44,593 nt of DNA from Deltaproteobacteria bacterium (GCA_019309815.1 JAFDFO010000004.1:1-44593); one strand, 5' to 3'; positions 35,881 to 43,770 are shown, counted from the stretch's first letter. Made by a program: numbers and translations. The notes: a model not told the origin generated them from the sequence alone.

Positions 35881-36714
35881 CTACGACACCTCCCGATAGA
35901 ATGCCAGCTTGCTTGCATATGGTGTGAATCTCTGCACGAGTTCAGATATTTCTGCCTCTGACATCGGGCTGAAATCACGCCCGGCCTTTGCCAGGGAGTG
36001 AACCTCCTGCGGTTTTGAACAGCCCACTATAGCAACGGTAATGTCATGCGACAGGGCAAACCTGATGAGCATCTCGGGGGATGCACCCAGTGTCGGATGA
36101 AGGTAGTAAGAAGCCCCCAGGATTTTCATCCCAATGACTGCAATCCCCTTTTCCCTTGCCGCCGGCAGGGTCGAAGTCAAGAAACCCCCTACGACCGCTT
36201 CCACCGGATTCACGGGGATCATCACCGAATCCACAGGCCACGCTTCAACTGCCTTCGTCAAAATCTTGGGATCGTGGTGCCCGGTCACGCCGATAGATCT
36301 CACCTTGCCGGAAGACTTGGCCTCTAGAAAGGCCTCCAGAGCCCCTCTTGGACCTGCAATCGTCTCCAGTTCCTCTTCCGTTCTCACGTCATGGATCTGC
36401 CAGAGATCCAGATAATCGATGCCCATATTGGCCAGGGTATTCTCGAGGTCCGCATAGGCTCCGGCCATGGATCTGCTGGCTGATTTGCTCGCCTGAAAGA
36501 TTCGAGACCGCACCTGTGGAGACTCTGTCCAGACCGTACCATAATATCCTTCGCTGCCGGCATAGGCCTGCGCTGAGTCAAAATAGGTAATCCCGTGGGC
36601 AATGGCCTCGTAGATCACTTCCCTGGCCTGCAGTGTATTCATGTTAGTCCTGAGGACACCTTCTCCGCCTAATCCAACGCGGGTTACACTCCGGCCTGTT
36701 TGACCGAATGCCAC
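35881..36714 (-). CDS. Aldo/keto reductase
   Basis: GLGGEG...YFDSAQAY..SE...DLWQIHD...GVTGH pattern; 277 aa; GTG start. Confidence 0.85.
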   Translation of the reverse strand: MAFGQTGRSVTRVGLGGEGVLRTNMNTLQAREVIYEAIAHGITYFDSAQAYAGSEGYYGTVWTESPQVRSRIFQASKSASRSMAGAYADLENTLANMGIDYLDLWQIHDVRTEEELETIAGPRGALEAFLEAKSSGKVRSIGVTGHHDPKILTKAVEAWPVDSVMIPVNPVEAVVGGFLTSTLPAAREKGIAVIGMKILGASYYLHPTLGASPEMLIRFALSHDITVAIVGCSKPQEVHSLAKAGRDFSPMSEAEISELVQRFTPYASKLAFYREVS

Positions 36715-36759
36715 GGTAGGAATCTCACGACCTCCTGTTCACTCAAGGCACAAAGAAAA

Positions 36760-36840
36760 GGAGTATTGGAGTACTGGAGTATTGGAGTGTTGGTTTTCTT
36801 CCTCATTACTCCATCACTCCAATACTCCATTACTCCAATC
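36760..36840. repeat. Heptamer hairpin repeat (GGAGTAT)n / (ATACTCC)n
   Basis: ggagtattggagtactggagtattggagtgttgg - 11-nt loop - attactccatcactccaatactccattactccaatc. Same family as 7898-8006 and 29562-29584. It lies between the cupin stop and the AKR start. Confidence 0.8.
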
Positions 36841-36853
36841 GAAGCTGTGGCTT

Positions 36854-37189
36854 CTATTGATGACCATGGCCGCGACCCGAATGCCCCCCAGAGATGACGT
36901 AGATACCCTCTTCCCCGGAGTTGTTCTCAAGCATGCAGGTTTCATCACCCTTTAAATGGATAGCCTCCCCTTCTCTCAGCAACCCCCAGGCGTCCCCTGA
37001 AACCGAGAAATCCCCCCTCAAGGCAAGGATGAGCTCTTCGTGACCCTTTCCGGGTTTGAGTTTTCTCCCTTTCTCGTGCGGCTGCATCACGCCATAAATC
37101 AGATAGCAGGCATGGCTCCCAGTAGCGTCAACACCAAGAATGTATTCGCCGGAATCATCAACTTTCTCTCTCACTTCAAAGGGCTTCAT
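36854..37189 (-). CDS. Cupin-domain protein with a His-rich C-terminus
   Basis: 111 aa with a beta-barrel-like pattern (G.HEELILALRGDF...GEAIHLKGDE) and the tail GGHSGRGHGHQ. It starts 19 nt after the radical SAM stop, with a GAGG SD. Confidence 0.7.
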   Translation of the reverse strand: MKPFEVREKVDDSGEYILGVDATGSHACYLIYGVMQPHEKGRKLKPGKGHEELILALRGDFSVSGDAWGLLREGEAIHLKGDETCMLENNSGEEGIYVISGGHSGRGHGHQ

Positions 37190-37208
37190 TTTTTCACCTC
37201 ATTGCAAA

Positions 37209-38750
37209 TCATGTATTTTCCATTACACCATAAAGGGCGCACATGACCGGGTCTTTCCCCAAAAGGCCTTCCGCTCGGAATCGACATCCCCCCTTACAAT
37301 CCAGAAGATGGGAGCAGGAGGCGCATTCCAGATTGCTGAGGGAAACAGGGCGTATCCGCTTCCAGGAGGTCTCGAGCCCGTCTTTCAAGGAGCCCAAAGG
37401 CTTATCGAAAAAGCCGCACTTCAGAACAGCCCCCTCCGGCGTGACCGTGCACAGATGATACCCGCAAGCAAAGGGCTCATCCGCACCGTGATAGCTCCCC
37501 CCGGTAGCATATCTCAGAAAAGGGGCTGCTTCCTCCGGGGTTGGTAAGAAATCTAAGTTCTCCAGCAAACGGCCTGCAATACAAGGGACATCTATGCTCC
37601 ATTCAAGGACTTCTTGATCCCCAACCCATTTGGCCAGAGTTTCGAATTCTTCGAGGTTGTGGCGGTGCACCATGGTCGCAATCGAAATCGGGATCCCCTT
37701 TTCCCGGACCGCATCCATGCCATCCACCACAGTGTCAAAAGTCCCGGCGCCTCGTATCCGTTCGTGCCCTTTCTGGAGGCCGTCTAAGCTGAATTGGATT
37801 TCGTCAAAAAGGCACCAATCCGCATGGTTTTTCCTGCTGATCATGGTCCCGTTGGTCAGTAGAACCTTGCGCACCCCATATCGCGGCAGGACCGCGTTCA
37901 ATGCGCGAAGCTCAGCATACATGAGCGGTTCTCCGCCCGAGAAAAGCACCCTCAGCCCCTGCATTTGCTCAAATTCTTCCAGCACGGACAGCACTGCAGC
38001 CAGGGGCAAGTCTCTCTTTGTTGGTTCCCCCAGGTAGCAGTGTCCGCATTTCAGATTACATCGGCTGGTCAACTGAAGTTCAAGATATCTCAGGGAAGGA
38101 ATCGGAGATGGCCTGAGCTTGAAATGGCGCAAGTCCTTCCGAGGTCCTATGACAAGAAGGCCCTCTTTGAGACAGGTTTCCAGAAACTCCTTGTTAAAAG
38201 GGAACTCGGCCAGTTGCCTGCTCCCGTTGCATGCTGTCAGGAACTCAAATCCCTGCTGGTCCAGCTCGTACAGCTCGTCATTGGTTATGTCATACAAGTA
38301 CGGGCTTTCAAGATGCCTGAGAACACAATCATCTCGCAGGGCAATGTATCCCTGCTCAGAGATCAACGTCTCAGCCAGCTGGTTTTCGTGCATGATCGAA
38401 TGTTCAAGGAGGAGATCCGCTGCGATGTACCCGCCGCAGGGAAGAGGATCGCCGGTGCAGTTGGGATCTGTGAAATCACATCCATCAACGAGGAAATCAC
38501 AACGCTTGCACAGGGCATGGTACAGCAGGTGATGATAACAGTCTTTAAACGCGTAGCTCTGCTTTGGGCGAAGAGCGGCCAGGATGGCGGGAGTTTGACT
38601 ACTCAGGCGCTGGAAAAACTTGAAGCCCTCGCACGCTGTGTCTTCTTCCCGATCGGGTTTGTAGTAGGAACAGTACCTACTGCACACAGCTTCAACGACA
38701 AAGGCTTCCCTACTATTCATCCTTGGATTACAATGTCCTGCGGAGACCAA
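37209..38750 (-). CDS. Radical SAM / SPASM-domain enzyme with a PqqD-like (RRE) segment and a Cys-rich N-terminal extension
   Basis: CxxxCxxC is present at LTSRCNLKCGHCY. The SPASM motif CASCSHLLDCKGGC (CxxCx5Cx3C) has upstream CGYHLC..LKCGFF and a downstream C. The segment LYDITNDELYELDQQGFEFLTACNGSRQLAEF...FLETCLKEGLLVI resembles PqqD-type peptide-recognition elements. There are 9-10 Cys in the first 110 or so residues. The start is either TTG 38750 or ATG 38720. Confidence 0.85.
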   Translation of the reverse strand: MVSAGHCNPRMNSREAFVVEAVCSRYCSYYKPDREEDTACEGFKFFQRLSSQTPAILAALRPKQSYAFKDCYHHLLYHALCKRCDFLVDGCDFTDPNCTGDPLPCGGYIAADLLLEHSIMHENQLAETLISEQGYIALRDDCVLRHLESPYLYDITNDELYELDQQGFEFLTACNGSRQLAEFPFNKEFLETCLKEGLLVIGPRKDLRHFKLRPSPIPSLRYLELQLTSRCNLKCGHCYLGEPTKRDLPLAAVLSVLEEFEQMQGLRVLFSGGEPLMYAELRALNAVLPRYGVRKVLLTNGTMISRKNHADWCLFDEIQFSLDGLQKGHERIRGAGTFDTVVDGMDAVREKGIPISIATMVHRHNLEEFETLAKWVGDQEVLEWSIDVPCIAGRLLENLDFLPTPEEAAPFLRYATGGSYHGADEPFACGYHLCTVTPEGAVLKCGFFDKPLGSLKDGLETSWKRIRPVSLSNLECASCSHLLDCKGGCRFRAEGLLGKDPVMCALYGVMENT

Positions 38751-38795
38751 ACCAGATCTTTGGCCTGCAAGGTTTCGTTTCGTCGGGTAATAGAA

Positions 38796-38864
38796 TCAGC
38801 AGGAAGTCTTACACTTGCAAAGACCTTTTTTGATCTTTCTTACTTTTCTGATCTTCACTGACAT
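38796..38864 (-). CDS. Candidate 22-aa Cys-rich peptide (possible precursor): MSVKIRKVRKIKKGLCKCKTSC
   Basis: Unannotated small ORF read from the sequence, with gaaagggga directly upstream of the ATG and an in-frame GTG two codons in. It ends 45 nt before the radical SAM ORF. No homology evidence. Confidence 0.25.
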   Translation of the reverse strand: MSVKIRKVRKIKKGLCKCKTSC

Positions 38865-38923
38865 TCCCCTTTCTATTGAGGCGTGAATGGAGTCAGGACC
38901 TCGGAAATCGCCTGCAAGTCCTG

Positions 38924-39196
38924 TCAGTCTTGGCGGAGCATGAATCCAATTGCGGCCAAAAGAACAATCGCAAGGCCAAACCCAAAATAGGCTGCATCAA
39001 AATAGTTCAGGTTTTCGATTTCAGCTCCAACAAAGAGCTCTCGATTGGACACATAACCCCAGTACAGTGCAAAGAGGTAATTAACAAGAAGTGCCAGTCG
39101 CAACCTCCCAGCAAAAAGCGCCAGGGTGTTAAAGGCCAGGAGCATCGCAACGTGGAGAAGCGGCACACTGAGTGGCATCATTATCCAGGCTCCCAT
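38924..39196 (-). CDS. Small hydrophobic protein (90 aa, about 3 TM segments)
   Basis: The ATG at 39196 has a GGAGGG SD. The sequence is MGAWIMMPLSVPLLHVAMLLAFNTLALFAG...FGFGLAIVLLAAIGFML. The ORF-track N-terminal 166 residues are translated repeat DNA. Confidence 0.55.
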   Translation of the reverse strand: MGAWIMMPLSVPLLHVAMLLAFNTLALFAGRLRLALLVNYLFALYWGYVSNRELFVGAEIENLNYFDAAYFGFGLAIVLLAAIGFMLRQD

Positions 39197-39339
39197 CGAT
39201 CCCTCCTGTTGAATCGTATTATAGAAGTCTAGGAAATTTGTAGCATACGCATATTGTATAGGCAACTGGTTTTTTGGATATGGATCAGGGATCAGGGGAT
39301 AGGGGTCAGCTCTTCTGTGGGACCATAATGGCCTCCCGC

Positions 39340-39745
39340 AGGGCCTGCCCTGCTTGCCTGCAGTGAGCTTGTTTATCCTGAGCCTGCCGAAGGGCCTGTC
39401 CCGAGCTTGTCGAAGGGCCGAACTGCCTGCGGTGAGCCTGTCGAACCGTCCCGCCGCCCTGTCCGCCATAGCTTCGGCGAAGGCGGAAGTCTTGACGTAG
39501 GCGGAAGCTTTATGCAAAGGTAGAAGCTTGCTTGCCCTGAGCCTGCCTGTCCTGAGCGAAGTCGAGGGGCCTGTCCTGAGCGAAGTCGAGGGGCCTGTCC
39601 TGAGCGAAGTCGAGGGGCCTGTCCTGAGCGAAGTCGAGGGGCCTGTCCCGAGCTTGTCGAGGGGGTCGAACCGTCCCGCCGACCTGTCCGCCATAGCTTC
39701 AGCGAAGGCGGAAGCTTTGTGCGAAGGCGGGTCGAAGGGTCCGTG
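39340..39745. repeat. GC-rich mosaic repeat cluster (CCTGAGCCTGCC / GTCGAAGGG / GCGAAGGCGGAAGC modules)
   Basis: The modules ctgccctgcttgcctg..gtgagcttgtttatcctgagcctgcc and gtcttgacgtaggcggaagc recur at 42551-42720 and partly at 33960-34050. Direct repeats of about 80 nt (39398-39498 vs 39642-39719) flank the tandem array. Confidence 0.75.
39546..39665. repeat. Tandem repeat: 24-bp unit CCTGTCCTGAGCGAAGTCGAGGGG x4 perfect plus 1 degenerate copy
   Basis: Units at 39546, 39570, 39594 and 39618 are identical. A fifth copy at 39642-39665 is diverged (cctgtcccgagcttgtcgaggggg). Confidence 0.9.
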
Positions 39746-39768
39746 GTAAACCTAAAAGGAGGAGACAG

Positions 39769-40158
39769 ATGGAAGAAGAAGAAATAGTGTACTCGACCAC
39801 CAAGAGACATTTTAACTTGTTTTGCAAAGAAGTCCGTAAGTTTATTGATGTTTTTGGCCTCATGGGCTGGGAGGTCAACTTTGAACACAAGTTGTATCTA
39901 TACAATGCTCAGGCAGTCTGCATAACCGACCAGCAAGGTCGTACATGCACAATGGCCCTTGCAACAGAGTGGATCGCACTGAAACCCACAGATTTAGAAA
40001 TACGGAAGGCAGCATTTCACGAAGTCTGCGAATTACTGCTCTCGAGACTAAACACCTTTGCAAAATACAGGTTCGTGCGGGAGAGCCAAATAGACGAAGA
40101 GTCTCACAACCTTATCCGCATTTTAGAACGAGTGGTGTGGCAACAAACTCATAAGTAG
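39769..40158 (+). CDS. Hypothetical protein (129 aa)
   Basis: ATG with an aaaggaggag SD. No family recognised. It contains AFHEVCELLL (HExxE, not a canonical HExxH). Confidence 0.5.
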   Translation: MEEEEIVYSTTKRHFNLFCKEVRKFIDVFGLMGWEVNFEHKLYLYNAQAVCITDQQGRTCTMALATEWIALKPTDLEIRKAAFHEVCELLLSRLNTFAKYRFVRESQIDEESHNLIRILERVVWQQTHK

Positions 40159-40211
40159 GAGTTCGAGGCACCAGCTATGAGCTGCGAGCCTTCAAGGAAA
40201 GGAGGAATCCC

Positions 40212-41093
40212 ATGACAAAGAACTCGGCAAAGGCCAAAGAAGTCTTAAGGTATCTTTCTCTTATTGGTATCTGTCTTGTATTCTCATCTTCACTCGGTTT
40301 TGCCCAAGCTACGCAGCCTGTTGTCCCTGAGCACGCTTTCACAATTGCCCCCTCAGTCTTCCATTTCCTCTATGAGGAGCCGAGCATAGATATACAAGTA
40401 GATGGGGACATGTACGGAATCATGGGAAGTTACACGTACCATAAGAAGGCATTACTAAGCACAAGCATTGAGTACGCCCAGGGCGATCTCAAGTATGACG
40501 GATTCTTACAGGAGATTGGGGATGGCGAGGATGACGGATCCTCACAGGCGAGGGTTCCATTCCAGGGGGACACAGAGGACTGGATACTCGAATGGCGTGC
40601 TTTGCTCGGCCTCGATTTTCCTATGGGCAAGTGTTTACTGACTCCTTTCTCGGGCGTAGGCTATCGGTATTGGAACAATCAAGGTGAGGGAACCGGCTTT
40701 TACGAAAGAGAGATAACATACTGGTACTCTCCCATTGGCCTTGCTCTCTTCGGTGCCTTCTCCCCCAGGTGGACATTTGGGATAAGCGGAGAATACGACT
40801 TTCTCTGGAGCGCCAAGACCGAGACTGACCTATCCGATGTTCTCTATGGCCTGCCTCGCGTGCATTTGAGTGCCGAACAGGGAGGCGGATATGGCTTGAG
40901 GGGGTCTTTTTGGATCAAGGCGCAGCTTGCCAGATATTTTGCACTGTCTATTGAACCCTTCGTAAGATATTGGGACATAGACGAATCAAACCAGGTGCCT
41001 TTGACTTATTTTGGCGTACCAACCGGACTAGTCGTGATAGAGCCGGCAAATCGAACGACGGAATACGGACTTCTCCTGAACCTGATATTCTAA
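40212..41093 (+). CDS. Putative outer-membrane beta-barrel protein
   Basis: Signal peptide ending ..SLGFAQA, alternating beta-strand-like pattern rich in Y/G/W, and a C-terminal ...LLLNLIF with terminal Phe. Confidence 0.55.
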   Translation: MTKNSAKAKEVLRYLSLIGICLVFSSSLGFAQATQPVVPEHAFTIAPSVFHFLYEEPSIDIQVDGDMYGIMGSYTYHKKALLSTSIEYAQGDLKYDGFLQEIGDGEDDGSSQARVPFQGDTEDWILEWRALLGLDFPMGKCLLTPFSGVGYRYWNNQGEGTGFYEREITYWYSPIGLALFGAFSPRWTFGISGEYDFLWSAKTETDLSDVLYGLPRVHLSAEQGGGYGLRGSFWIKAQLARYFALSIEPFVRYWDIDESNQVPLTYFGVPTGLVVIEPANRTTEYGLLLNLIF

Positions 41094-41269
41094 GGACACG
41101 GACGAAATTGATGCACCCGGCCAATTCTCATAAACTGATACGCGCAATCGGAGAATACTTGCTACCAGAATCGAGCGGACCGGATATGATGCGAACCAAA
41201 GGGTGGGTAATACCTCGAAAGGAAAACTACCCTGTGTTGCCCTGCCAATTTTGATGGGAGGTTCTTTCC

Positions 41270-41944
41270 ATGCTTATTACAGCATCTGAAGAGTTTTATC
41301 AGGATGGCGACATCATAATTGAGGAGGGTTCTTCAGGAGACTGGGTCTACGTGGTCAACTCAGGGACCGTGGAAATTTCTAAGACGATTGACGGGAAGAA
41401 ATATATTGTGGCAAGGCTTGGGCCGGGTGAAGTTTTTGGAGAACTCGGTTTCTTGGGAAGTGTTCCACGGACTGCCACGGCGCGGGCTATTGGTGAAACT
41501 TCCGTTGGGATTCTTGATCGAACATACTTGGATACCGAATACAATAGGCTCTCTTCAGAGTTCAGGACCGTTCTCAGTGCCCTGGTCAAAAGATTCAAAC
41601 AGATGAATGATCGAGCCGTCGAGTATACATCGCGCAAAGAGTTCCGAACCCAGAAGACCTTGTCCCTGAACTATGCAGACAGGGCGGCCTTTGTCGATGC
41701 GCACACAGAGAACGTGGGAACCAGGGGTCTCTTCATCAGGACCGACAATCCATTCGAAGAGGGTGAACAGTTTCTGCTCGAACTCGTATTGCCAGGCCTT
41801 CCAAATACTATGGAAATCAAGTGTGAAGTGGTGTGGGCAAGGAAACAGGGGGAAGAACCGGGCCAGGCAAATGGAATGGGGGTCAAATTCGTTGAAATTA
41901 CAGAAGAAGATGAACAGACACTGAAGGATTATCTTAGTCCTTAG
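41270..41944 (+). CDS. Cyclic-nucleotide-binding domain + PilZ domain protein (paralog 1)
   Basis: CNB: GDIIIEEGSSGDWVYVVNSGTVEI...FGELGFLGSVPRTATARA. PilZ-like: RKEFR (RxxxR) ... ENVGTRGLFI ... MEIKCEVVWAR...GMGVKF. Confidence 0.8.
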   Translation: MLITASEEFYQDGDIIIEEGSSGDWVYVVNSGTVEISKTIDGKKYIVARLGPGEVFGELGFLGSVPRTATARAIGETSVGILDRTYLDTEYNRLSSEFRTVLSALVKRFKQMNDRAVEYTSRKEFRTQKTLSLNYADRAAFVDAHTENVGTRGLFIRTDNPFEEGEQFLLELVLPGLPNTMEIKCEVVWARKQGEEPGQANGMGVKFVEITEEDEQTLKDYLSP

Positions 41945-42083
41945 ACGTCAGCCCTGCAGCAAAAAATGACGATTTTGTGGCCGTTGCTTATTTCCCTTGT
42001 TTTTTAAAATATACTTGATTATACTAATGGAAAATAAGTGTGTGGCTGGGACATATTGTTGATTCCCCGATAGGGGGTGCGTT

Positions 42084-42485
42084 ATGGAAGAGAAGAAAGA
42101 AGGCAGAAGACACCAACGATACCAGGTTCCGGAAGGTTCGTTTGTTACCCTTGGTCCAAGCAATTCCATACTGGGTCAAATTCTAGATATCAGCATGGGT
42201 GGGCTTGCATTTCGCTATATCAACTCCCAGCCCGATGGGCCTACAGACCAATCATATTTGGACATACACTTGACAGAGGGTGATATGTGCCTGGGTAGAG
42301 TACCAATAAAGGCCGTTTCAGACCTGGAAACACCTGACACGGTTACATGTAAAGCAGATGGACCATTGCCGGTCAGCTGCAGAGCCATGAGACGATGTGG
42401 CGTACAATTCGGTGAAATGACCCAGGGCCAGATATCCCAGCTGGCAAGTTGTATCCAAACCCAAACAATCGGAGGGCTGCCTTAA
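42084..42485 (+). CDS. Stand-alone PilZ-domain protein
   Basis: Canonical RRHQR (RxxxR) and DISMGG (DxSxxG) motifs; 133 aa. Confidence 0.8.
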   Translation: MEEKKEGRRHQRYQVPEGSFVTLGPSNSILGQILDISMGGLAFRYINSQPDGPTDQSYLDIHLTEGDMCLGRVPIKAVSDLETPDTVTCKADGPLPVSCRAMRRCGVQFGEMTQGQISQLASCIQTQTIGGLP

Positions 42486-42516
42486 GAGCCAACCCAATAT
42501 TCAATCGTATAGAAGC

Positions 42517-42550
42517 AAGGCAGGGTCATTATTGACCCTGCCTTTTTTTT
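42517..42550 (+). terminator. Intrinsic terminator after the PilZ gene
   Basis: AAGGCAGGGTCA-ttat-TGACCCTGCCTT (12-bp stem) followed by T8. Confidence 0.8.
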
Positions 42551-42720
42551 GCCTGTCCTGCCTGTCCGACGGAGTCTTGACGTAGGCGGAAGCGAAGCCT
42601 AAGGGTCTGCCCTGCTTGCTTGTGGTGAGCTTGTTTATCCTGAGCCTGCCTGTCCTGAGCCTGCCTGTCCTGAGCCTGTCGAAGGGTCGAAGGGTCGAAC
42701 TGCCTGCGGCGGTTCCACAA
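42551..42720. repeat. GC-rich mosaic repeat (same family as 39340-39745)
   Basis: gtcttgacgtaggcggaagc, ctgccctgcttgcttgtggtgagcttgtttatcctgagcctgcc, (ctgtcctgagcctgc)x2, and gtcgaagggtcgaagggtcgaac. Confidence 0.7.
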
Positions 42721-42838
42721 ACTCGTCCCGACAAGTCGGGACTCAAACAGTGCGTAACCTTCATCCGCATCCAACCGCTGCGCTCGGCTGCGTTGAATGG
42801 GGTTGAGACCCATCCGCCACCCCGCGCGACTTTGTACC

Positions 42839-42866
42839 TTGACACACAACTGAAATTCTATCATAT
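42839..42866 (+). promoter_or_regulatory. Candidate sigma-70 promoter (TTGACA-16-TCATAT) for paralog 2
   Basis: ccTTGACAcacaactgaaattctaTCATATttag, about 140 nt upstream of the ATG at 43005. Confidence 0.3.
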
Positions 42867-43004
42867 TTAGAAGACTTTAGAACTGTGGATGGACACGAAG
42901 TGTGCGCATGAAAGACGAGTTGATGTTACACCAAGAACAAACCCTCAATGCAGGGAGAACATTTGCCGGCGTTGTCCTGCAAACTTTCATGGGAGAGTCT
43001 TGCT

Positions 43005-43679
43005 ATGCTTCCTACAGTAGCTGAAGAGGTTTATCCCGATGGCAAGACTATCCTTGAGGAGGGCACGTCAGGAGACCGGGTCTATGTAGTCCGCTCCGGT
43101 ACTGTGGAAATTTCCAAGACGATTAAAGGAACAAAGTGTATCATCGCAGAGATTGAGCCCGGGGACGTATTTGGGGAACTCAGTTTTTTCGAAGGTGATA
43201 GACGGACTTGCACGGCGCGGGCTGTTGGTGAAACTTGCGTTGAGATTATTGATAGCGCATATTTGAATAGTGAATTCGGCAAGCTCTCTCCAGAGCTGAA
43301 GGCCATTTTCGAGGCCCTGGTAAAGAGATTCCAACAGACGATTGATCGAGCCATCGAGTTTTCATCACGACAGGAGGCTCGAACCCGCAAGGCCTTGTCA
43401 CTAAAATACGCAGACAAGAAGGCCTTTTTCGATGCGCGCACAGAGAATGTCGGTAGCAGTGGCCTTTTCATTAAGACCGAAAATCCATTCCAGAAGGGCG
43501 AGCAGTTTCTGCTCGAACTACAATTACCAGGTATTCCAGATCCCCTGAAAGTCAAAGGCGAAGTGGTATGGGCAAGGAAAAAGGCGGGAGAAACGAACCC
43601 GCCCAATGGAATGGGAATCAAGTTTGTTGAAATTACGAAAGAGGATGTACAAACACTGAAAGAATATATCAATCAATAG
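43005..43679 (+). CDS. Cyclic-nucleotide-binding domain + PilZ domain protein (paralog 2)
   Basis: About 60% identical by eye to 41270-41944 over the full length (MLPTVAEEVYPDGKTILEEGTSGDRVYVVRSGTVEISKTI... / ...GMGIKFVEITKEDVQTLKEY). The ATG at 43005 with a gggagag SD is preferred over 42948. Confidence 0.8.
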   Translation: MLPTVAEEVYPDGKTILEEGTSGDRVYVVRSGTVEISKTIKGTKCIIAEIEPGDVFGELSFFEGDRRTCTARAVGETCVEIIDSAYLNSEFGKLSPELKAIFEALVKRFQQTIDRAIEFSSRQEARTRKALSLKYADKKAFFDARTENVGSSGLFIKTENPFQKGEQFLLELQLPGIPDPLKVKGEVVWARKKAGETNPPNGMGIKFVEITKEDVQTLKEYINQ

Positions 43680-43770
43680 AAGCCAGATGTGAGTACTTGG
43701 CCTCCAGCTTTGAACCTGCCATTTACCTGAACTCCCGTCTCCCCTGAAAAGATCATGAATACGTATAAGA

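Noticed and set aside
37965-38861. 298-aa plus-strand ORF
   Set aside because: It lies antisense to the radical SAM/SPASM gene, which has unambiguous motifs. It is a shadow ORF.
39546-39665. Possible CRISPR array
   Set aside because: The 24-bp units are directly contiguous with no spacers. No cas genes are nearby, and the units are part of a dispersed mosaic repeat family.
39197-39694. N-terminal 166 residues of the 256-aa ORF 38924-39694, plus the overlapping ORFs 39373-39888 (minus) and 39528-39749 (plus)
   Set aside because: The sequence is translated GC-rich repeat (PSTSLRTGPSTSLRTG..). A good SD plus ATG at 39196 starts the hydrophobic 90-aa protein.
42501-42864. 111-114-aa minus-strand ORFs
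   Set aside because: They are translated mosaic repeat (..RQAQDRQAQDRQAQDKQ..). There are no start signals.
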